64,000 nucleotides of DNA from Octopus vulgaris (taxonomy: Eukaryota): the NCBI GenBank assembly GCA_951406725.2, contig OX597817.1, positions 64,170,001 through 64,234,000 of the forward strand. The letters are read 5' to 3'. Each line of letters opens with the position of its first letter. The first letter of the stretch is position 1. A model generated the notes under the pieces. It was given only the letters and a program-made list of their open reading frames with translations. It ran no database searches and was not told the DNA's origin. Shown here one piece after another: positions 54,131 through 64,000 of the stretch. Position numbers and translations under genes: made by a program.

Positions 54131-54855
54131 TGCCTATGGAATTTGCTGATGGAAGTTACCAAAAACCCAGGGTATGCAACCAGTAAGTAGTCACATGGAG
54201 ATATTATAGTAAGTCTGGCTCCCCTCATCAAGAGAAAGTTGGTAACAGTAGTTCATATAGTTGTACCAGAGATTTAAATGTTTGTAGAGTGAAAGGAAGC
54301 AGAATAAGATCAAAAGGCAAGGAGAGGGAGAAGGATTTCTGACATAGTGGGAAATGAGCAGAAGTAGAATAGACGAAACAGAGAAAGGAGGGGAGGGGTA
54401 AAGTTAAGGTCAGTGTGGTGAGAGGAAATGTCACTAGTGGTCAAGGGAGTCTCACTAAACAGACAATAAATCAGTTTCAAATGGAAGCTTACCAGGCAGA
54501 GACAGGAAGAGATAAGTAATGAAGGAAAGGCACAGGAGTGGGGGCAACAGGGGTGGAAGGTTTGCTGAGATAAGAAGGAAATGGTACAAGGAGAATAGAG
54601 AAATAAAATGCTGCTAGCATAACTAAGTAATAAGTAAGGGCTTAACCACAATTATGAGAAATCATAAAAGCTTTATGTAATGGGCAAATGTGGAATAAAA
54701 CTTGTGCTTACATAAGAAGATTATGTCAGAATCTATTGAGTTGGTGCATGAAGCAGTGAAGGAGAGAATACAAACTCAAGACCATTTGAAATAAGTTTGA
54801 AAGGTATCTGAACCTATTAAGGTCTTTCACTGCAATTTGTTATGGAGAAAAAAAT

Positions 54856-54916
<61 letters not shown>

Positions 54917-55089
54917 TGTGTCTGTGCATGCAGGACTTCACAGCTTCATAGGACCCTCAGGCAAGTCACTATGGTATTTATTCATTGATAGCAAGCAACA
55001 GCATACATGGATCAGAATTGAGCCCCTAGACCCATGAGGCCCCCTGGATGACTGCTCAATGTGACCATATCTAAAGAAGGTACTTTATG

Positions 55090-55123
<34 letters not shown>

Positions 55124-56195
55124 TGTATGTATGCATGTATGTAAGTATGTGTGTGTGTGTGGATGTATGTATGTATGTATGTACGTATGTATGTATGTAT
55201 GTATGTAAGTATGTGTGTATGTATGTATGTATGTATGTATGTATGTATGTATGTATGTATGTATGTATATATGTGTATCTATTTTCCATCTTCTATATTT
55301 ATATTATTAAATATGTAATCCTATACCTTGAATACCATATATACTGAGATCTCTATTCACAGGTCACTAATGTATCATTGTAAGTGTTAATTTAGGCAGA
55401 CAAGGGTTGTGACATTGCTTTGGTGTAATGGTTAACACAGCTTTACACTTTACAACTAACATAGCATATGAATCATGCCTGACATGTTACAACTATTTTC
55501 CATTTCCTTCATCTAAATTATTAAATGTATGTATGTCATTATTCAGTTTATTTCAAGATTCCTTCCCAATAGAGAAAGAACTGGTTTAATGTTATTACCA
55601 ACAAATTTATAATGCCAGAGAATAACATGTATTTATATCTTATTATTGTCTTTAAACATAGAAAAACAAGGAGATTATCCTGGTATGCTTCAGAGGTTAA
55701 GTACCCCTATCTCTTCTTTCCATGGAAAGAACTTGACAGCAATTACTAATTAAAGAAGACCCAATCCAGGACCTAGCTGATATAGCTAGGCTAATTCTAG
55801 TAAAATACATTAGCCATTGGCATCAACAGATATTAAACAAGATTAAATATTTCATGCACAAACAACATATATTCAAAAATCTGAATACTTCGTGTTATTC
55901 TCTTGAAGGGCTCATGTAAGTCACAGCAGGGTCAGTGATATGCTGGAGCAATGGAAAGCCCTTTCAAGACAGACTGCACATCTACAAGTCCTCTCTTAAA
56001 ATACAAGAAAGATATATAATGTCACAACACTAGCCAGATATATGTGGTTGCTAAAGGATTAAGCAGTATCATTTCTTTTTTGAGAAATTTCTTGGACCCA
56101 GCCAAGTATTAGTGCTTCAAGCTCTTCAATGCATACATTCCATTTTGTCGGAAATGTTTTTAAATTTAATGACATGTGTGGTGTTATTTTCGTGG

Positions 56196-56227
<32 letters not shown>

Positions 56228-56535
56228 GGCATCATCATCGTTTAACGTCTGTTTTCTATGCTGGCATGGGTTGGATGGTTTGACTGGGAACTGGCAAGCC
56301 AGGAGGTGCAACAGGCTCCAATCTGATATGGCAATGTTTCTACAGCTGGTTGTCCTTCCTAATGCCAACCACTCCGAGAGAGTAGTGGTGCTTTTTACAT
56401 GCCACTGGCACTAGAGCCAGTCAGGTGGCACTGGCATTGGTCACATTTGGATGGTGCTAAATTTACATTGTTCAAAAAAGTAAACAAATTCATTCTACTT
56501 ACATATAGTTTGAACCATAAATGACTAGATATGTG

Positions 56536-56761
56536 CTGGACATTGTTGTAGAGCTGAAAAAGAAGTAATTTCTACTCTTCTCCTCTGGAAGCCATCTACT
56601 CGCAATACCAGAGGGCGCACACTCTCCTACCCTGATGTAATCTCCAGGGATACAGGCATCCAGCAACAGGACCTCCGTAATGCTATGATGGACCGTGAAG
56701 TCTGGCGTAACATAGTAAATTCCATTGTCTCGACCACGGTCGAACAATGATGATGATGATG
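56536..56761 (+). mobile_element. Second young RTE/RTEX-like 3' fragment
   Basis: Nearly identical to 12003-12226; target-site duplication AGATATGTG at 56527-56535 and 56762-56770. Confidence 0.88.
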
Positions 56762-56795
56762 AGATATGTGGGCTTTTCTTTTTAAACTATATATA

Positions 56796-56835
<40 letters not shown>

Positions 56836-57982
56836 TATATATATTTATACACACACACTCACACATACACACATATGTATGTCTTGAAAAGTTGCTATTG
56901 CAAATGAAGACATGTATTAGTTAATGTTTGCTTAGAATGCCATGTAAATCCATTTATGTCCAACTTTCAATCAGGTATTAAATACTGTTCTTCAATATTT
57001 GTTTGGTATAATATGCATTTGAATAGATCATAGAGTGTATATCCTAGATAAGAATAAAACTAGATTCAGTTGTAAAAAAAAAAAAATTATCATGTCATCT
57101 TTACACATACTTCACTAAGTGTATACTAGTGTGCTATGTGTTAATCATTGCAGAATTGTTGCATAATCATTCTGTATGCCAAAGCATCAGAAGAAAATCA
57201 TATTTTACTCCGTTGTTGGTTACTGATGTTAGTTGCTTGACAGATACAAACAGTGAACTGTGAGTATATTCATCAGAATGTTCTATATAGCAGCAAAAGA
57301 AAACAATTTAACATTCATTTAATCAGTGATATAAAAAGATAGGAAGAAAGAGATTGACTTTCAGTGCAATCAGGTTGTCTGCTTTAAGAGATTGGTTCAT
57401 AAATTTACTATATTACAAGAAGTCTCAAGCTACTGGCAAAAATGTTTAAATGACACTCTGTCTGTTTCAATGATGAGGATTTCAGTTGATCCAGTCAAAA
57501 GAACAGCCTGCTATCCTTAACATAGTTGTCAGGGAGATTCAGTGTGACACAAGATAAGACAAGGCTGGACTTTTGAAATATAGGTTCTACTCATTTTTGC
57601 CAGCTGAGTGAACTGGAGCAATTTGAAATAAAGTGTTTGGCTCAAAGACACTGAGAATTGAACTTATGACTTTATGATCATGAGCCAAATACTCTAAATG
57701 TTAAGCCATGCATCTCTTTAAGAACTAAGTCACAGAGAAAGTTCACTTGTATATTTTTTTTGTTCAGAATACACACATAAAAGGCAGTGAGCTGGCAGAA
57801 ACTTTAGCATGCCAGACGAAATGCTTAGCGGTATACCTACACATACACACACACACTTATGTACACATCAGCAATAGAGTAAATAACAATTTTCCTCTGA
57901 TGATCCGGTATATAAGGTGATTATGTACCATCTTTGTAATGATTACCACATAGCATACTGATGTTGGATGTTTGTATGTGTG

Positions 57983-58033
<51 letters not shown>

Positions 58034-58249
58034 GTAAGGAAGTATATATAAATACATATAATTTTACATGTATACGTATTTATTTATATGTGTGAGTGTG
58101 TGTGTGTTTGTGTGTGTATGTAAGTAATTTTTGTCTAAATAAATTAAGATTAGGGTAAAGTTATTGGCGACCAGATATCATCATGCAAGTGGAAATTCTC
58201 TTGCTACTGGATATTCATTAGGAATTTCATAGTATTTGTATAAATTGTA

Positions 58250-58600
58250 TAAATAGATAGAAAACAGAATGGATTAAATGACATTCTTCATTTAAAATCA
58301 GTATAATTGTTTAAACACAACACTGATAGTACATTGGTTAGATGATATAATTACCATACTGTTTAATTGCTATCATCCATCAAATGCATAAGATGCACTT
58401 CTGAATGATTTAATGAAGGGCTTATTTAAAACAAACACCTGAAGAAATGCATCTTATGCCTTTGATGGATGACAGTGATTAAACAACATGTTAATTATAT
58501 CTCACTAATGTACTTCAAATGAAAGATGTTTTGAAACAATTGTAGTGATTTAAAATTAAAAAATGTTGTTCAATCCATTTTCTATTATTTTTCTATACAT
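58250..58600. repeat. Old imperfect inverted repeat (MITE-like)
   Basis: About 58250-58402 is complementary to about 58442-58600 (for example catccatcaaatgcataagatgca vs tgcatcttatgcctttgatggatg). Confidence 0.6.
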
Positions 58601-58715
58601 ATTATTGTATGTATATAATTTTAATAGTTTTGTAGGAACCATTTATAAGCACTAGGGGAAGTATATGTATGTACATGTGTGTGTGTGTGTGTATGTGTGT
58701 ATGTGTATAATATAT

Positions 58716-58774
<59 letters not shown>

Positions 58775-60179
58775 TGTATATATATATATATGTATATATA
58801 TATGTATATATAATATATATATGTATATATATTGCTTTTTGTTTGCAACTATGTTTTTTTTATGTTGGCATGAATACAACTGCAAAAGAAGGAAGAATTC
58901 CACTGGGGTAGATAAATACAATTTCCCTGTAACTGATATCTCAACTGATGGAACATTGTCTGCTATTAAGACTGGTATCAGTTTTTACTGAAGCAATTAG
59001 TAATTTACCACTGACTAACTAATCCACCCTTGAATGTTGCAGCTGGCTGGGGTTAGCTGAAGAAGGGGTAACATGATAGTCTGACATCTGAAAAATTGGT
59101 GGTCCATATCTTTTCATATGATGCAAGTATTTCTAAATAAACCACTTAAATCTTGTCTAGCTGCAGCTTACTCTGTCTAACCTACTAAACATTTTACCCT
59201 TTTTGTCCTCTCCAGGAATTACAACAATATTTCTGGAAACCCCATTTGAATTTACCACTCTGAGAATCAGCCTATGAATTTATTGTCAGACAATAAGATG
59301 TGTGTTTATTGTTGGAGCTCTATATGATCTCTTGCCCTACTTGAAATAACTGCTAAACATTTTCAAGTTGCATTTCTCTGCTTTTTTAAAGAAAGGACAT
59401 GCTGTGCTCCTAGATACATTGTACTTGAAATGAAGACAGGATCATCATGACTGGAATGTTTTTGGCTATAAGTCAACTTAGTCAGAGTAGCCCTGGGGCT
59501 AAAAAACATCAACAATAATAGCATCCTGTAGAAGTACACACAATAGCTGGGACCATGAGGATTTGAGTACTTGCCTTTCATGTACACTATTTCTCTCTGT
59601 ATCTTCATCATTTTGAGTTTATCTTTTCTTTTTCTTTTTTTTTTTTGCTATTATGGATTTTTCATATCTCATAGCAGCTCACCAGCCACTGCATCCCTTC
59701 AAAATTACAACAACAGAGAAAGCTATCCATCTTTGTGTTGTATATCATGTTTAACATTTTACATGTGGTTTTATAACTTGATAGCCTCTCTGTCACCGTC
59801 CAATTTACAGCTGGAAATGGGTGCAATTTTATCATACTGCTGATGCTCTAGATAAGTTGTTTGCTACAGGACTAGAGAATCTTCTGGACGCACACTAAAA
59901 GGGTAAAAGGGAAAAGCCCTCTTAACTAAGTGAGTGGAGAATTTGAGATGTTGGAGAGAAGATTTTATGCCAAGGGCAAACAGAGGTATCTTGCTATAAA
60001 GAAGATAGATAGCTACTCTGCATTTATATAAGGGTTGGTGAGAGTATCTGTGAAAAAGATTAAATGGTAGTGATGGGATGCCAGAGTAAAACCCTCAAGG
60101 AGTTAGAGATGATATGAGCAGTGGATCAGAAAAGGTGGTGGAGGAAGTTATAAAGTAAAGTAAGTTAGTAAGTTATCTT

Positions 60180-60410
60180 CTTGAGTCATACTGACTCATA
60201 AGGGCTGGTTTTCTGGTTTCATGGCACACGTATATTCCCCACCTGGATGGGATGCTGGTCCATCGCAGGATTACTCCTTTTTGCCAACTGAGTGGTCTGG
60301 AGCAATATAAAATGAAATGTTTTGCTCAAGAACACAATATGTCACCCAGTCCAGGAATTGAAACCACAATCTTGAGTCCAACACCCTAACCACTATGCCA
60401 TGCACCTCCA
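60180..60410 (-). mobile_element. tRNA-derived SINE (family also at about 7190, 14360, 31696(+) and 57590)
   Basis: ctggagcaa...gctcaagaacacaa...ccaggaattgaaaccac...ccctaaccact: reverse-strand A and B boxes. Confidence 0.7.
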
Positions 60411-62624
60411 CATAGGCAGTTATAAGAGTGAGAAGGAAGAGTAACAGATTGTTAGAAATAGGGGGGGTAAAGGTGAATGTAGTGAGTAATGAACAGAGTG
60501 AAAGAGTAGCTTGATGGGACATACAAGTATGGTTGGGGTGGGAGATGGTAAGGTGAGAGAGAAAGGAGTGACTCAATGATGATAGTTCAAGAAGTAAGTG
60601 AGGATGAACAAAGCATAGGTACCATGGGAAGGGAGATGAAGAGGTACATGAGGGTCGGTATAGTGAGCGGGTGTGGTGGTAGACACAAGAAACCGCTGGC
60701 AATGACAGTTGATATGTGAGGTGTTAGAATGAAGCATGACAGAGGAGGTGGGGGGAAAATTTGGAGATATGTGGTAAGAGATGATAACGAGAACGAGGGA
60801 TGAAAGTGGAGAGATGGCAGTAATTGGTAGCACAAAGAGTTAGATGTAATATGAGTTGGGGAAAGGGGTGGGTAGGGAGATGAGATATAGAGGATTCTTG
60901 ACTGAGCAGTATGGGTGTAGGGAATGGGCCCAGTATGTACAAGTATAGACAAAATGTTTTTAGGATCTCATATTTGCTATGATGGATGGATCATCTCAAG
61001 TACAGCAAATCACCAAATGTATCAGTTCTTTGTCATCTCCTCCATGAGGCTCAGCATCTTGAGATCAGCCTTCACTATTTTGTCTCGTGTCTTCCTGGGT
61101 CACCCTCTTCCACAAGAGGGAGACCCAGTTCTGGTCACTTTAAGTGACCAGTACTACTTTATGACAAAACCAGTGCAGTCTTCTTTCTTGTGCACTACAT
61201 CTGACTCCTTTTATACATAATTTTTTATTCAGTACTTTAGCACTTCATGCATGTACACTGGCATTGCACATTCAACAGAGCATACTAACTCTCTTCAATA
61301 TATGCAAACATTTTATGAAGTCCCAGTAAATTCCCAGACACAAGTATAACATACAGACTTCACTCTCCTGCTTGGAACTCAAATATTTTCAAAAGTACAG
61401 TGAAAAAAAATATATATTGTCAAAACTGTCAGAGGATCTTATCACTTCTTACATTGCTCCCAAAGACTAAAGTACAGCTCCTGGACTAGAAATTATATCA
61501 ACCACGATCAGTTTAAAACTTACCACAAAGCTCACCTCAACTCATAATTGTGTACTGGTTACATATGTGTTACAGTATTACTGTTAATATATAAAGATCC
61601 TAGATCACATCTAAAAAAAAGGCCGACTGGTTAATTGGTTGAGACAAACTCACCAATACACCACAGCCACTATCTCACAAAGGTATTGTTTCTTCTGTTG
61701 TGATTATAGCAGTATCTGACTCAACCACACAATAACCATTATCTCACAGGGATGGTGTTTCTTCTACAGTTATTGCAGAAGAAACAGACTCACCAACAGA
61801 TTTTCTGCACATAGGAAAATGATAGTGTGTTCATAACTGAAATGCCTTTGATTAAAAGTCTGCTCAATCAGGGTAGACTGGGAGCTAAGCAACAGCAACA
61901 GCAAAATGCCAATAATAACCCAGATCCATTTGGTGCAACTGTTACTGCTCCTACACCATCCTTTATCCTAATTGTTTAATCCAGGAAGATGGTGAAGTGC
62001 TCATTGTGTCTCATTCACAAAATTTCCCACTAAACACTTTTTCCAATGTTTCCTCCTCAGAAATGGATTCTGGAATTTTCTGCCAGCTCAAGCTACATTG
62101 AGCTCACCCCAGGCTTCTGAGAGGAATTTTATCAGGAAACATAAAATTTCTTGTGGCACTGCTTCTTAAAATGTGAATGTTAATCTTCAATGTATGCAAA
62201 TATTTTATGAGATCCCAGTAAATTCCTAGGCACAGGTATAACATAGTCCCTTTACTCTCCTGTTTAACAGGTCCTCACCTTAACTGCCAAAAGTTGCCTT
62301 CAAAAATTTTTAGAACTCAAAGTAAATATTTAAAAAGTACAGTGAAAAAAATGCTCGTTGTCATTGGTGTTGTTGTTGCTGTTATTGTTTAACCTCAAGT
62401 TATCTCTGATGAGCAGTTCTATGATCAAAAGTGTTCATGCTGTGACCATCGTGTCTTAGTTCAAGACTTACTGTATCAAGGATAAATTATGCTTAGACAT
62501 AAGTCTCATTCCTTTTTAAAAATAGTAGGGTGACAGCAAGGTGAAATTCTTCTTTTTTTGAGGATTTGACTTCTATTTCTAGCATGTCAAGTAGTTACTT
62601 TGAAACACCCACATTAGTTTCTGT

Positions 62625-62725
62625 GCTGGTAGTAGTACAAATAGGAGTGGTGGTAGTGGTGGTAGTGGTGGTGGTGGTTGTGGTGGTGGTGGTGGTAGTG
62701 GTGGTAGTAGTAGTAGTAGCAGCAG
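62625..62725. repeat. (GTG/GTA)n trinucleotide microsatellite
   Basis: Directly visible; it is the source of the poly-V ORF. Confidence 0.9.
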
Positions 62726-64000
62726 TTGACACAGTGCCAATATTTTCATGTTTCAACTAGAAACGGTTTTATACTTCGAGGTTGTTGTCACAACTTGCCT
62801 TTGCAGTCTCAATAATATTATTTCCATATAAACTGTTTTACATTAACTCTTTTTGTTGGAGATAACTCCTTCCATCTGGCACCATGTGGAAGTAAGGAAC
62901 ATAATCAAACTTATTGGTGTTGTTATTGTTGTTGTAATTAGTTGTGGAGAAAGAATTGTAGCAGTTGTTGTGGTTGTGATGATAGTGTTGTTATTGTTGT
63001 TGCTGTGGTTCTGGTAATAGTGATGGTAATAGTTGTGGAGGTGTTGATGAATTATTTATTTTTGTAGTGATGGTGGTGGATGTCTGTTGTGACAATGTTG
63101 TGTAGGGATCCTATCACATTGACAGAGGTGATGGGCACGACATGTTTGTAAGCAATCTGACTGACAAAGAATCAAGGCACTTCAATGGTCAGAATTCTGA
63201 AAAAGGACATCTGATGACGGGAGTGATATCTGTATTAATATGCATGTATCAGTATATAGATATATAAAAGATTTTGATATATGTATCAATATGTAAGGCA
63301 GCAAGCTGGCATAATCGTTAGCATGTCGGGCGAAGTGCTTAGCAGCATTTCGTCTGTCTCTATATTCCGAGTTCAAATTCCACCGAGGTCAACTTTGCCT
63401 TTCATCCTTTTAGGGTTGATAAAGTTAGTACCAGCTGAATACTGGGTTCGTTGTAATTGATTAAGCCCTTCTTCAAACCTGTTGGCCTTGTACTAAAAGT
63501 TGAAACCAATTTGAAACCAATACGTACATCAATATGAATGGACAGTTGAATGGCTAAGAAGCTTGCTTTATAACCACAAAGTCTAGCATTTGATCTCATT
63601 GTAAAGCACCATTGGCAAGTATCGCATATCATACCATCGAGTCGACTCAAACCCTTTGAGAGAAATTGGGTAAACGGACATGAGTTTGACTTTGCTCTAC
63701 GCAACGACCTGCTGAGTCTATCTGAAGATAATGCTAAGGGTACAAGTGTCTGTGCAATGCTTAGCTACTTATAATACAGTCATGCATTCATACTCTCTCC
63801 CTATTCAATGACATTTCTACTATTCCTCATGCTTTACCCCTCTCTCACTATTCAATGACTCTTCTCCTATTCTTCATTCTTGTTTTTTTCTTAATCCTAA
63901 CATTCTGAAAAAGATATTTCTCTAAATATTATAACTATTTCGAAAATAATTTCCAAAACAAACATTTTGAAAAAAATCTTTCTCTAGTATTAGGACTGTA

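Noticed and set aside
60420-60950. Overlapping minus-strand ORFs in a purine-rich tract (similar at 54230-54650)
   Set aside because: Compositional bias suppresses stop codons and no protein motifs are recognisable.

Overview
AT-rich, microsatellite-laden eukaryotic genomic DNA. The repeat families look like those of an octopus (coleoid cephalopod); this is an inference, not a database match. Two spliced genes, reconstructed by hand and only partly shown in the ORF track, lie head-to-head around an interval of about 0.3 kb. IFT25/HSPB11 is on the minus strand (4 coding exons, 21341->7607, 139 aa). LRRC42 is on the plus strand (probable UTR exon ending 21720, then 5 coding exons 27783-32947, 289 aa). 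From recalled knowledge, human HSPB11-LRRC42 has the same divergent arrangement. The rest of the window is transposon-derived: R4/Dong-like, L1/Tx1-like and RTE LINEs, several SINE families, mariner and piggyBac relics, a two-LTR Gypsy element, and Penelope-like elements (PLEs). At 41.8-45.9 kb a (TA)n-embedded PLE cluster contains large palindromes and minimal type I hammerhead ribozyme motifs. Most short ORFs in the track are microsatellite or SINE artefacts.
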